Origin: Patescibacteria group bacterium
Lineage (GTDB): Bacteria > Patescibacteriota > Minisyncoccia > Phycocordibacterales > UBA918
Length of the DNA stretch: 64,000 nt
Assembly: GCA_039188945.1 (NCBI GenBank)
Contig: JBCCYW010000004.1
Span: 2,313-66,312, forward strand
Direction: 5' to 3'
The stretch's first letter is position 1, and each line of letters starts with the position of its first letter. A program made the position numbers and the translations under genes. This document shows, one piece after another, positions 17,193-27,014 of the stretch. Under the pieces are notes generated by a model. That model was given only the letters and a program-made list of their open reading frames with translations, made no database searches and had not been told where the DNA came from.

Positions 17193-18518
17193 CTAGTATC
17201 CATTGCTAATACTAAACATAATAGCACGCACCGCCTCACTCACGCTGCTGCGGTTAGAAAGAATATCCTCTACCCCATCCGCAAAAGCTTCTGTCGCCAC
17301 AATTGGCTCTGGTGAAAGCCACCCAAACGCCGCAATCGCTGCACGATAGCGAATCTGCTCAATTGGGTTAAATGAGCCAGCAGTGAGCAGATCGCGGCGC
17401 GCTGGTGCCATAGACAAACTACTTGAGAAAAGTGAGAGCTGCTGTGGGCGACTAGCGATAGTTCTAATCGCTGCCAGCGCGCCGTTTTGATTCTGTGAAG
17501 CACGTAAGATTGCCAATCCATAGTAATCACCATAGGTACGCCGAACACTTGTACCCGCGGCCTGCGGAACTTCAGCAATATCAAAGTTAAGGTTTGGATT
17601 CAAGCGAGCAAGGTTGTCGTACTCACTTCCCAACCCCAAGTAGACAGCGAGATCACCAGCCGCAAAGGCGTTGGTATCTTGTGCCTGAACCCGATTCCAT
17701 GAATAGAGCGGGTTATTTACGGTCGAGAAGCTGGTAAAAAACTCTAGCGCACTGGTGAGCGGCCGCTGGACATTGGCGTTAACTGAACGATCAAGACTTA
17801 CCTGATAGGTACGACCATCTTCAAGCACCATCTGACTACCGCCCTGCAGTAAGAGCGTGCTCACAATCGCAAACGCGTTGGTAATATTACTGAATTCACC
17901 CAGCGCAATCGGACTCAATAAAATATTTCGATTAAAATCACGAACAACGACAGTTGGTACTACATCACCAACAATTTCTTCCCAGGTCCGCGGTGCAGCC
18001 GCGAAGTTATTGGCTGAAAAAATATCTCGATTCCAATACATAACCAAAGGATCAACCGCCAGCGGGGTGGCGTAAATACCATCTGAAAGTGTGAATATTT
18101 CTGCACCGTCAGCGTAGGTATCGAGATGGGTTCGTTGGTCGTACCCTGGAATTTGGCTATCGTACGGAATCGGAGTGATTTTCGTGCGTAGGTTCGCTAA
18201 CTCAGTATGTGGAATCAAAACTACATCTGGCGATCGCCCTTCAGCAATAGCATCGACCAACTCAGCCACAAAGGTTCGTTCGTCTAGCTGGCGATAGCTC
18301 ACCACCTGAAAATCTTCGACTTCAGCCCGAATATCTTGAATCATCTTATTGACAACCTGACGATCAAGCGTGCCCCAAATCTGTACCTGGTTGCCAAACA
18401 CTGGCGCATCAGTTTGCGATGATGGCTGGTAGGTTACAAACAGCACACCGCCAACAAACATCAGCACCACAAAAATGGCTATGAGGGCTATTTGAAATGG
18501 TCGAGGGCCGCTTTGCAT
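17193..18518 (-). CDS. Membrane-anchored extracytoplasmic protein, tentatively solute-binding-protein-like (441 aa)
   Basis: N-terminal TM anchor then large soluble domain; family assignment weak. Confidence 0.5.
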   Translation of the reverse strand: MQSGPRPFQIALIAIFVVLMFVGGVLFVTYQPSSQTDAPVFGNQVQIWGTLDRQVVNKMIQDIRAEVEDFQVVSYRQLDERTFVAELVDAIAEGRSPDVVLIPHTELANLRTKITPIPYDSQIPGYDQRTHLDTYADGAEIFTLSDGIYATPLAVDPLVMYWNRDIFSANNFAAAPRTWEEIVGDVVPTVVVRDFNRNILLSPIALGEFSNITNAFAIVSTLLLQGGSQMVLEDGRTYQVSLDRSVNANVQRPLTSALEFFTSFSTVNNPLYSWNRVQAQDTNAFAAGDLAVYLGLGSEYDNLARLNPNLNFDIAEVPQAAGTSVRRTYGDYYGLAILRASQNQNGALAAIRTIASRPQQLSLFSSSLSMAPARRDLLTAGSFNPIEQIRYRAAIAAFGWLSPEPIVATEAFADGVEDILSNRSSVSEAVRAIMFSISNGY

Positions 18519-18521
18519 AGA

Positions 18522-19073
18522 TTATAGTTTTCGATAGGCGTGCGCGAAGTGATGATCGCCAGCATCATAACCGCGTTCAAACAAAAAGCCGTGTGACTCA
18601 AAATGTGCCTTTGTAGTCTCAGGATCAACCACCTGCTCTGGATGCGGGCCAAGACCACCAAACGATTCCGTCCAGTCAACGACATGAAGGATGCCACCTG
18701 GCCGCAGCGTACGATGAATTTCCTTAATAGCTACTTCTTTATTTTCAAACTGAAAAAATGTATTGATCAGTAACCCAACGTCTAGAGTATTGTCTGAAAT
18801 CCTAATGCCGCCCGCTGCTTCCAAGTCGCACCAAAGAGGGTCAATGTTCATTAAACCCTGACTCCGGGCCACATCACCGAGTTTCTCAACCAGCTGTTTT
18901 TGGATCTCACAGGCGTACACCCGGCCACTTGCACCAACACCAGCCGAGAGCACTCTCAAAAAGTAGCCACTGCCGGCGCCGAAATCAGCCGCCACGTCAC
19001 CTTCTTTAAGATGAAAATGTGTAACAATTTTTTCTGGAATCACAAAGCGTCCCGTCGGCATTGGGATATTCAT
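18522..19073 (-). CDS. Class I SAM-dependent methyltransferase
   Basis: DFGAGSGYF motif I. Confidence 0.75.
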   Translation of the reverse strand: MNIPMPTGRFVIPEKIVTHFHLKEGDVAADFGAGSGYFLRVLSAGVGASGRVYACEIQKQLVEKLGDVARSQGLMNIDPLWCDLEAAGGIRISDNTLDVGLLINTFFQFENKEVAIKEIHRTLRPGGILHVVDWTESFGGLGPHPEQVVDPETTKAHFESHGFLFERGYDAGDHHFAHAYRKL

Positions 19074-19179
19074 ATATATAAAGTATACCTCTCAGTCTAG
19101 TTTGGAGTTATTGACGAGGTGGATAGAAAGCGGCCCGGATCATAAAATGATCCGGGCCGCTTTCTCCTAGTGTGTCTTT

Positions 19180-21651
19180 CTATACAAACACAATACTCGC
19201 AATCGCGTCACCCGAGCGCATTTTCATCACCCGCACCCCTTGCGTATCGCGACCAAGTGATGGCACGTCTTTAATCGGCAACTTAATCACCTGTCCCTTC
19301 TTACTCATGATCACCAACTCACCTTCCTTGCGATCTTCGCCTGAGATCACGATGCCGCCCACAATCTTGCCGGTCTTATCGGTCACTTTAGCGGTCTTGA
19401 TACCAGACCCACCTCGTTTCTGTACTTTATATTCTTTAGCCGGCGTGGTCTTCCCGTAGCCATGTTCAGTCACCACCAGAATCTCTCGATCCTTCTCGCC
19501 CTTCTTAAAGACTTCGGCTGAAACCACTCCGTCGCCCTTCACGAGCTTCATGGCTGCGACTCCAGCAGCCGTGCGGCCCATTTGACGCACATCACCTTCT
19601 GCAAATCGGATAGCCTGACCACCTCGTGAGACCAAGCTCACCTCGTCACCCTTACCAACAAACTGCGCGGCAATCAGTGAGTCGCCACCCTTAAGGGTAA
19701 TTGCGATTAAGCCTGAACGACGAACGTCCTTAAACGCACTGGCGTCTGACTTTTTCGCCACGCCATTTTTGGTCACCATCATCAAGCCCCAATCACCTTC
19801 CCAATCATCCTTACGGACCGCCAACACTGAGGTCACTCGCTCTTCGCTCGTGAGCGCCAAGAAGTTAGCAATTGATTTACCCTTAGTTGCGCGACGGCCT
19901 TCCGGAATTTCGTACATCTTCGTGCTGTACACCTTGCCTTGATCAGTGAAGAACAGAAGATCGCTATGGGTAGAGGTCGTCAGAAGTGTCGTGACCACAT
20001 CTTCCTCTTTGGTATTCAAATCAACCACTCCAACGCCACCGCGCTTTTGCGTGCGGTATTCACTTGGGTTAGTGCGTTTCACATACCCACCTTGGGTTAG
20101 CACAAGCACCGATTCCTCATCTGGCACCAAGTCTTCCGGATTAATCTGCTTCACGCCACCTTTCACAATTTTGGTGCGACGATCATCACCGTATTTTTCT
20201 GCCACTTCAGCCAGTTCTTTCTTGATGAGCGTCAGCATTTTCTTCTTGCTCTTGAGGATTGATTCGAGTTCTTTAATGAGCGCCTGCACTTCTTTCAATT
20301 CATCCTCAATCTTCTTGCGCTCCAAGCCAGCGAGCTTCTGCAAGCGCATATCAAGAATTGCCTGCGCCTGGACGTCAGAGAACTTAAATTCCTTCATCAA
20401 CTTGGCGTGCGCTGTTGGCACATCTTTGGCAGCCCGAATCAGCTTGATGATTTTATCGATATGATCGAGCGCTTTCTTCAAACCAAGCAAGATATGCTCG
20501 CGATCTTTGGCCTTACCAAGATCGTACTCAGTGCGACGACGAACCACTTCTTGACGATGTTTGATGTATTCCTCAAGAATCGCCTTCAGCGATAACGTCT
20601 GAGGTACGCCGTCTACCAGCGCCACCATGTTGTAGTGGAAGGTTTCTTCCAACTGGGTGTGTTTGTAGAGTTTATTTAAAACCGTCTGCGGGTTCGCAGC
20701 CGACTTGAGGTCAATCACCACGCGAATATCAGCAGTTGATTCGTCTCGCATCTCCTTGATACCTTCAATTTTCTTATCGCGCACCAACATAGCGATCTTC
20801 TCCTGCATATCAGCTTTATTCACGCGGAACGGAATTGAGGTAATCACAATTGAGAACGCTCCTTTCTTGTCTTCCACAATCTCAGCTTCTCCGCGCACCT
20901 TCACACCACCCTTGCCGTTGGCGTAGGCATGCGCGATATCTTTTTGATTAAACGCAATCGCACCCATTGGAAAATCAGGGCCTTTCACAAATTTCAAAAG
21001 ATCATCGGTTGAGGCATCTGGATTATCAATGAGGTGATCAACTGCTTCGGCTACTTCTCGTAAGTTGTGCGGTGGGATGTTGGTCGCCATACCAACGGCG
21101 ATTCCAAGCTCTCCTTTCAAGAGTAAGTTGGGTACCGCTGCCGGCAACACGGTCGGCTCTTTCTTAGTGCCGTCAAAGTTTGGCCGCCAATCGACGGTAT
21201 CCTTCTCAAGGTCTCGCAACATCTCCTCAGCAATGCGAGACATCTTTGCTTCAGTATATCGATATGCCGCCGCTCCATCACCATCGATAGAACCAAAATT
21301 ACCTTGCCCAATCACCAGTGGGTAGCGAGTCGTAAATGGCTGAGCCAACTTCACCATCGATTCGTACACTGCGACATCACCATGCGGATGAAAGCTACCA
21401 AGTACGTCACCGACGACCGTCGCCGACTTTTTGAATTTCGCTGAAGCAGTGAGACCGTTTAAACGCATTGAGTATAAAATTCGGCGATGCACTGGCTTGA
21501 GGCCATCGCGCACGTCAGGCAACGCTCGTGAGGTGATCACGCTCATGGCGTAATCAAGGTATGCCGTCTCCATTTCTGAGGTGATATTTTGAGTCACAAT
21601 GCCTCGTTCTGGCTCAATTGAGGCGTCTTCTTTGACGGTCTTTTTAGGCAT
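19180..21651 (-). CDS. gyrA: DNA gyrase subunit A
   Basis: [27 protein letters not shown], active-site region [13 protein letters not shown]-terminal beta-pinwheel repeats. Confidence 0.95.
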   Translation of the reverse strand: MPKKTVKEDASIEPERGIVTQNITSEMETAYLDYAMSVITSRALPDVRDGLKPVHRRILYSMRLNGLTASAKFKKSATVVGDVLGSFHPHGDVAVYESMVKLAQPFTTRYPLVIGQGNFGSIDGDGAAAYRYTEAKMSRIAEEMLRDLEKDTVDWRPNFDGTKKEPTVLPAAVPNLLLKGELGIAVGMATNIPPHNLREVAEAVDHLIDNPDASTDDLLKFVKGPDFPMGAIAFNQKDIAHAYANGKGGVKVRGEAEIVEDKKGAFSIVITSIPFRVNKADMQEKIAMLVRDKKIEGIKEMRDESTADIRVVIDLKSAANPQTVLNKLYKHTQLEETFHYNMVALVDGVPQTLSLKAILEEYIKHRQEVVRRRTEYDLGKAKDREHILLGLKKALDHIDKIIKLIRAAKDVPTAHAKLMKEFKFSDVQAQAILDMRLQKLAGLERKKIEDELKEVQALIKELESILKSKKKMLTLIKKELAEVAEKYGDDRRTKIVKGGVKQINPEDLVPDEESVLVLTQGGYVKRTNPSEYRTQKRGGVGVVDLNTKEEDVVTTLLTTSTHSDLLFFTDQGKVYSTKMYEIPEGRRATKGKSIANFLALTSEERVTSVLAVRKDDWEGDWGLMMVTKNGVAKKSDASAFKDVRRSGLIAITLKGGDSLIAAQFVGKGDEVSLVSRGGQAIRFAEGDVRQMGRTAAGVAAMKLVKGDGVVSAEVFKKGEKDREILVVTEHGYGKTTPAKEYKVQKRGGSGIKTAKVTDKTGKIVGGIVISGEDRKEGELVIMSKKGQVIKLPIKDVPSLGRDTQGVRVMKMRSGDAIASIVFV

Positions 21652-21696
21652 GGCTGATGAGGATAATAGTCTTAAAGTAGGCGCTAGTATAGCACA

Positions 21697-22113
21697 TTAT
21701 TGCCCAGTTGTGGTGGCTTGGGACGTCGTACCGATCAGCACTGTTCGCACGGTTACAGAACTGGTGGATCGCTCAGTAACCTGTTCGATCGTTTCTGGTG
21801 CTAGCTCCAAATCACTCGCGTCGGGCAATGGCTCTCGGATGGGCTCAGGCAACTCTTGGATGGTGGTCGTTGGCTCAGATCCTACCCACAGATCACCAAA
21901 TTCTTCTTTGGCCTGCTTCCACATATTTGAAAAAGCAGGCGCTGCCTCTATCACCTCGGCCGTCTGGGTTGCAGTATTGTTACTAAAGCTGGCAGCGGTT
22001 GCTACAAACCATACAAGTGCTACTAACGCAGTAACACTACCCGCCCCAATCAGCGCAATGCGACTTTTTTGTTCTTTAGGTTTTTGACGCAACCGGTCAA
22101 GCGTCTTCCACAT
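21697..22113 (-). CDS. Membrane-anchored hypothetical protein (138 aa)
   Basis: ORF with TM anchor. Confidence 0.45.
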   Translation of the reverse strand: MWKTLDRLRQKPKEQKSRIALIGAGSVTALVALVWFVATAASFSNNTATQTAEVIEAAPAFSNMWKQAKEEFGDLWVGSEPTTTIQELPEPIREPLPDASDLELAPETIEQVTERSTSSVTVRTVLIGTTSQATTTGQ

Positions 22114-22116
22114 ACG

Positions 22117-22737
22117 CTAGCTCTTAAGTACTACTAACTCACCAGTCATCACACTGACATCCTTTTTCTTGATGGTGAGTTTCTCTTGCGGTTTGGTACT
22201 CTCGGCACCCTCTTCTTTAAGAAACGCCTTGAGTGCTTTATCGTCGTAGTGCATTGGGATGACTAGTTTTGCTTCGAGTTTAACAGCCAACTTGGATGCC
22301 TGTGGCACCTCAAGCACATCGCCACCACCGATTGGTACAAAGAGGACGTCGATATCTCCGAGCTCACCAAGAATCTTAGCGTCAATATCTGGTTCACTGA
22401 GCGCACCCAGGAAGACCAGATTCATCCCTTCGAGGTTGATTTGGTAGATCGTATTGAACCGTTCCTCTTTGTCGTAGGTGGTTTTTACCCCAAAACCTCG
22501 TCCGGTTACTTCACCAATTTCGTATTCGCCAGGACCATCAATCACAAATGGCTGCTTGTTGCCATGCGCTACTTGTTCAGCGCCGGCAAAATTTGGGTGT
22601 CGGAGCGAGATAAACGCCACATCAGCCCCAAATTTTGCCGGTGTGAGCTTACTTTTCTTAGAAATCGGGTCAAACGCCACTGTAGTATCGCCATATACCA
22701 CCTTAAAACACTGACCGCCGTGATACGTAATTATCAT
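22117..22737 (-). CDS. Metallo-beta-lactamase-fold metal-dependent hydrolase (UPF0173-like)
   Basis: MIITYHGGQCFKV...VAFDP... pattern typical of UPF0173/MBL fold. Confidence 0.6.
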   Translation of the reverse strand: MIITYHGGQCFKVVYGDTTVAFDPISKKSKLTPAKFGADVAFISLRHPNFAGAEQVAHGNKQPFVIDGPGEYEIGEVTGRGFGVKTTYDKEERFNTIYQINLEGMNLVFLGALSEPDIDAKILGELGDIDVLFVPIGGGDVLEVPQASKLAVKLEAKLVIPMHYDDKALKAFLKEEGAESTKPQEKLTIKKKDVSVMTGELVVLKS

Positions 22738-23085
22738 AGTGGCGTCATGATAACAGAAAGACCAGTCTGTGCGAAGCGGCTCTAATCATGTAAGAACCTC
22801 GACAAAGTTAGAAGTACGTGTAATGATCCTACTAGTAAAGCGAATACATAGTAGCTGTGAGTCAGTCGATGGTTGAGCTCCAACATACGATGCGATCGTG
22901 TATGTGATAGCGTCGTGGACGCTCTCACGCTAACAAGTATCAGCTACTACCATCTGGCAGCTTGCCGCGGGAGCTGCAAAGTCAAACATGCCAGATGAAG
23001 AGAGAGGTATCGTTTCAGGGTCTCCGGAATAGGTACAAGGCCTGAATAAAATAGGGCGTCGGGACATGAAACCTTCCTCTCTGCA

Positions 23086-23126
23086 CTGGACTCGGTGGTA
23101 TTGCCACCGAGTCCAGATCTATTTTA
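23086..23126 (+). terminator. Strong intrinsic terminator (CTGGACTCGGTGG-TATT-GCCACCGAGTCCAG + TCTATTTTAG) ending an ORF-less plus-strand transcript
   Basis: 13-bp perfect stem plus T-rich tail. Confidence 0.6.
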
Positions 23127-23205
23127 GATTGAGAAATAAGTTTTTAATACCAATTAAATTGTCATACCAAAATACTTGACAAAATTTTTATATATGATAA
23201 TATGT

Positions 23206-23233
23206 TGATAGTTACAAGTCCTTCGTCGTCGGC
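23206..23233 (+). promoter_or_regulatory. Near-consensus sigma70 promoter TTGACA-N16-TAATAT driving the rpsA leader
   Basis: Seen in sequence. Confidence 0.6.
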
Positions 23234-23335
23234 AACTGGGCAGTATTTCTCCGCCCAACCGCCGTCGACTTAGAATTCTGCGTCTTAGCGTTCATCGCCT
23301 GAGACGCAACCCCTCGCTGCGGCGAGGAACACCCG

Positions 23336-23386
23336 GGCTCCGAAGTGAAATGCTGTCCCTCCCTCTGACAGCGTCACTTCGGGGCC
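23336..23386 (+). promoter_or_regulatory. Long hairpin in rpsA 5' leader (GGCTCCGAAGTG...CACTTCGGGGCC enclosing GCTGTC-CCTCCCTCT-GACAGC), loop is anti-SD-like
   Basis: Nested perfect stems seen in sequence. Confidence 0.5.
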
Positions 23387-23551
23387 ATTATGTATTTACA
23401 CTATCGACAAATCAACCTTTTTATACTAGTATTGCGCCACCTTTACGGAGGTTTATCAATTTCTAGCGGCACACGATTAGCCCCGCGCTCACGGACATGG
23501 CCATGAGCAACAGTTGCGCGGACCCGTGTCGTCGGAATTAACAGTAATCAT

Positions 23552-24712
23552 ATGAGCAATGAATCTAGCGCGGTACTTGACCGTGCAGAGCTAGCGACCG
23601 ACGTCGCTCCAACTACGCCCGAAGTGGCCGTAGCACCAACTCCTACCATGGGAGACATGCAGCACATTCTCACTGAAGCGCCTATGGCACCACAGCCAGG
23701 TCAGCTGATTGAGGGTACCGTATCTGCAATCGGGCGCGCCCGCGTCTACATCGACCTACCACCTTTTGGTACTGGTCTGATTTTTGGTCGTGAATACATG
23801 AACGCGCGTGATATTTTGCGCAAAGTATCAGTTGGCGACACCATTGCCGCCAAGGTAGTGGAAACCGAAAACAAAGACGGTTACGTAGAACTATCCCTCA
23901 AGGAAGCTCGTCAGGCACTGATCTGGGCTGACGCTGAAGCAGCGGTGAAGAGTCAGGCAGTGATGAGTCTTGAAGTGAAGGAAGCCAACAAAGGTGGTCT
24001 TATCCTCGATTGGCAGGGTATTTCTGGCTTCTTGCCGGCCTCACAGCTCTCAGCTGAGAATTACCCTCGCGTGGCTGATGGTGATAAGGACAAGATTCTC
24101 ACGGAGCTCAATAACCTCATTGGTCAGCAGCTCAATGTGATCATCATCACGGCCGATCAGAAAGAACACAAGCTCATCTTCTCTGAAAAGGGACCACAGG
24201 AAAAAGAAGAGAAGGAGCAGAAAGTTGGTAAGTACGAAGTTGGTGATGTCCTCTCAGGAGAAGTTACCGGTGCTGTCGACTTTGGTGTCTTTGTAAAGAT
24301 TGAATCAGGCTTAGAAGGTTTGGTGCACATCTCTGAGCTCGACTGGGGCTTGGTGGAAGACACCCGTAGCCTCTACAAAGTTGGCGATAGCGTCCAGGTT
24401 AAGGTGATTGAAGTGAAAGACGACAAGATTTCTCTCTCTATCAAGCAACTCAAGGAGAACCCGTGGGAGCTAGCGGCCAAGAAGTACAAGAAAGATCAGA
24501 CTGTCAATGGTGTCGTGATTAAGTTCAACAAGCACGGTGCCTTGGCCTCAATCGAGGAGGGGGTCGCTGGTTTGGTCCATATCTCTGAATTTGAAAGTGA
24601 GGAAGCAATGAAGAATGAACTCTCACTTGGTAGCGTGAAGTCATTTAAGATTACGCTCTTCGAGCCAAATGAGCAGCGCATGACGCTCTCATATAAAGAA
24701 GCGCAGTCGTAA
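23552..24712 (+). CDS. rpsA: 30S ribosomal protein S1 (four S1 domains)
   Basis: Repeated S1-domain pattern (G..V.G.V...GVFV...EGLVHISE). Confidence 0.85.
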   Translation: MSNESSAVLDRAELATDVAPTTPEVAVAPTPTMGDMQHILTEAPMAPQPGQLIEGTVSAIGRARVYIDLPPFGTGLIFGREYMNARDILRKVSVGDTIAAKVVETENKDGYVELSLKEARQALIWADAEAAVKSQAVMSLEVKEANKGGLILDWQGISGFLPASQLSAENYPRVADGDKDKILTELNNLIGQQLNVIIITADQKEHKLIFSEKGPQEKEEKEQKVGKYEVGDVLSGEVTGAVDFGVFVKIESGLEGLVHISELDWGLVEDTRSLYKVGDSVQVKVIEVKDDKISLSIKQLKENPWELAAKKYKKDQTVNGVVIKFNKHGALASIEEGVAGLVHISEFESEEAMKNELSLGSVKSFKITLFEPNEQRMTLSYKEAQS

Positions 24713-24730
24713 TCGCTCTAGCAATTACGA

Positions 24731-24770
24731 AGCACGAAAAAATCCGGCACCAGCCGGATTTTTTCGTGCT
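24731..24770 (+). terminator. Bidirectional intrinsic terminator after rpsA (AGCACGAAAAAATCCGGC-ACCA-GCCGGATTTTTTCGTGCT)
   Basis: Perfect long palindrome with T-tracts. Confidence 0.75.
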
Positions 24771-24869
24771 TATACGTACATATAAAACTAGAGACATTGA
24801 CAAAATAATTATTTGTTTTATTTTAATAAAGGCAATTTTGCCGAGAGCACCACCCAAAAGGAGATAGAG

Positions 24870-25253
24870 ATGCTCAAGTACCTAAACAAAAACCGCATTA
24901 GCCCGCAACGCCGCTGCCTGGTGTTCGGCCAAACGCATGTAGTCGTGTACATCCCTAAGCCTGAGGATCAGGATGGCGGTCTGGAGACACATCTCATGTT
25001 CACCATTACACGTGACCGCAAGGACACGAGTAAGTTCTTCATCTGCACCCACGAGTCCATGCCAAGATCTTCTGGTGGCGGGAACAGCTATGTGGTTCAC
25101 GCTGGCGATTGGACGATGATCGACTTCTCGGATCCAGGCTATGAGGAGCACTCTGTGGTCGTCATGATCGATTCTGACGGGACCGATTATTTCCTGACCT
25201 ACCAGGACGCCGCTGCTTGGGACCAGAAGAACGGCCAAAGCTTCGCGGTCTGA
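24870..25253 (+). CDS. Hypothetical protein (about 127 aa)
   Basis: AAGGAG RBS then ATG (MLKYLNK...); TTGACA-containing promoter-like sequence about 70 nt upstream. Confidence 0.5.
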   Translation: MLKYLNKNRISPQRRCLVFGQTHVVVYIPKPEDQDGGLETHLMFTITRDRKDTSKFFICTHESMPRSSGGGNSYVVHAGDWTMIDFSDPGYEEHSVVVMIDSDGTDYFLTYQDAAAWDQKNGQSFAV

Positions 25254-25345
25254 GCAGCACGAAACGTTGGCGGGTATACTACAGAGAAATGTCTCGTCGC
25301 TGAAACCTTTTGCCGCCCCTCGTATTGCACGAGCGGGCGGCGTAA

Positions 25346-25933
25346 CTAATTATATTTGTTCATCGCGGCCTCAGGGCCGTTTTTTAGTACTTCCTCGATC
25401 GCTAGACGAGCAGTTTCATAGACTTCTGGCAATTTCCCTCGCTCCAACATGCCAAATGGTTTTAAGACAAACCGCTCCAACGCTCCCCCGCCCGCTGGCC
25501 GTTGCTGCTCACCAGTCCAAAAACTCTTTGGCGCAATCCCAATCCGAATCCGCACAAAGTCTTTACTACCCAGCTTCTCAATAATTGATTTGATGCCGTT
25601 GTTCCCCCCGGCTCCGCGACCCTTTCCCACCTTCACCTGCCCAAGCGGCAAATCGATATCATCATGCACGACAATTAGCTTAGAAACTTCGCCTTTTGGC
25701 ACCATCTTTATGACCGCTGAGCCAGAATTATTCATATAGGTATCTGGGTACAGTACTTGTACGTACTCCTCCCCCACTTTTCCTTCAGTTGTGCGACCAC
25801 TAGACGATTTTTCTTCAATCAAACTCGGCAGATTCCACGCCTGCAGCGCCAAATCAAGCGCCTGCCATCCAACATTGTGCCGCGTGTTGGCGTACTTATC
25901 TCCTGGATTACCGAGTCCTACTATATAAAACAT
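25346..25933 (-). CDS. pth: Peptidyl-tRNA hydrolase
   Basis: MFYIVGLGNPGDKYANTRHNVGW... classic Pth N-terminus. Confidence 0.9.
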   Translation of the reverse strand: MFYIVGLGNPGDKYANTRHNVGWQALDLALQAWNLPSLIEEKSSSGRTTEGKVGEEYVQVLYPDTYMNNSGSAVIKMVPKGEVSKLIVVHDDIDLPLGQVKVGKGRGAGGNNGIKSIIEKLGSKDFVRIRIGIAPKSFWTGEQQRPAGGGALERFVLKPFGMLERGKLPEVYETARLAIEEVLKNGPEAAMNKYN

Positions 25934-26063
25934 ATTACAGAGTATAGTACATTCGTTTCTTACGAGATTTCAATATTCGTTGCACAAAGTGACATGGTAC
26001 ATACTCAGCCCCTCCTATTGGCTCATAAACATCGCCAATTATCGACTATCGTCGATACCAGAG

Positions 26064-26121
26064 AAAAAGTAAAGCAGTTTACTTTTTCTCCTGGATTACC
26101 AAGTCCGACTATGTAATGCAT
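26064..26121 (-). repeat. Diverged copy of the first 13 codons of pth (MHYIVGLGNPGEK) followed by hairpin AAAAAGTAAA-CTGC-TTTACTTTTT, about 150 nt upstream of the real pth start
   Basis: 31/39 nt identity to pth 5' end; hairpin seen in sequence. Confidence 0.65.
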
Positions 26122-26345
26122 ATCTAGTACGACTATCTTACCTTACGTGAGTAACGTCGAGCAATTTTGTAACCTTGCGCAGACGTAAATGTATACACTG
26201 TTTTATGGACTGCATGAATGATTTTCGGAGGGCGGTGTTGGGGCGGTGGGCGTAGAAAATTATTTATGCAGTCCATTTATAAAACTTTAAACGAAAATTT
26301 GTGCGTGCCTTTCATTTCGATTATACTAGTGGAAATTGTACGACT

Positions 26346-27005
26346 ATGAGCACTCCTCACGACAACCACTCGACTGAATTCAACACTCCCCTTCAGTCAC
26401 CAGAGTCTGTCGCAGTAACTACTCCACAACCCGAAGAAAAAGAAGAGCATCCACTTGTCGAAATCATTCGTTTCTCAATTATCGCACTCATTATTGTGAT
26501 TCCGATTCGCATGTTTGTCGCGCAACCCTTCATTGTCTCGGGAGCTTCGATGGACGACACCTTTCATAGTGGCGAATATCTCATTGTCGACCAAGTTACC
26601 TATCAATTTGAGGAGCCGCAACGTGGAGATGTGGTAATTTTCCGCTTCCCGAAGGATCCTTCAAAGTTCTTTATTAAGCGGGTGATCGCCATTCCTGGTG
26701 ATACGATTGAAATCAGTGGTACAGAAGTAAAACTCATCAATGAAACGTACCCGGGTGGGCTGGTTTTGGACGAACCATACATAAAGAGTATGCGTCCAGG
26801 ACCAGCCACCTCGGAAACCCTTGGTGAGCGAGAGTATTTTGTGATGGGAGATAACCGTGACGAGAGTTCAGATTCTCGAGCTTGGGGACTGGTGCAAGAA
26901 GACCAAATTATTGGTCGCGCCTTTTTGCGCCTCTTCCCACCAACCGAGCTTGATTATCTACCTGGCGAAGCGATGATTACTGGTGAAGAAGTTATTCGTA
27001 ATTAG
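26346..27005 (+). CDS. lepB: Signal peptidase I
   Basis: GASMDDTF (Ser nucleophile), RGDVVIF, GDNRDESSDSRAWG. Confidence 0.85.
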   Translation: MSTPHDNHSTEFNTPLQSPESVAVTTPQPEEKEEHPLVEIIRFSIIALIIVIPIRMFVAQPFIVSGASMDDTFHSGEYLIVDQVTYQFEEPQRGDVVIFRFPKDPSKFFIKRVIAIPGDTIEISGTEVKLINETYPGGLVLDEPYIKSMRPGPATSETLGEREYFVMGDNRDESSDSRAWGLVQEDQIIGRAFLRLFPPTELDYLPGEAMITGEEVIRN

Positions 27006-27014
27006 TTCTACGTT

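Noticed and set aside
22786-23552. tmRNA or RNase P in the 770-nt gap upstream of rpsA
   Set aside because: No GGGG...TTCGACGGG 5' end, no tRNA-like 3' end with a T-arm and no ALAA-type tag frame were found on either strand. RNase P is confidently located elsewhere (60018-60368). The region is kept only as an unassigned ncRNA candidate plus the rpsA leader
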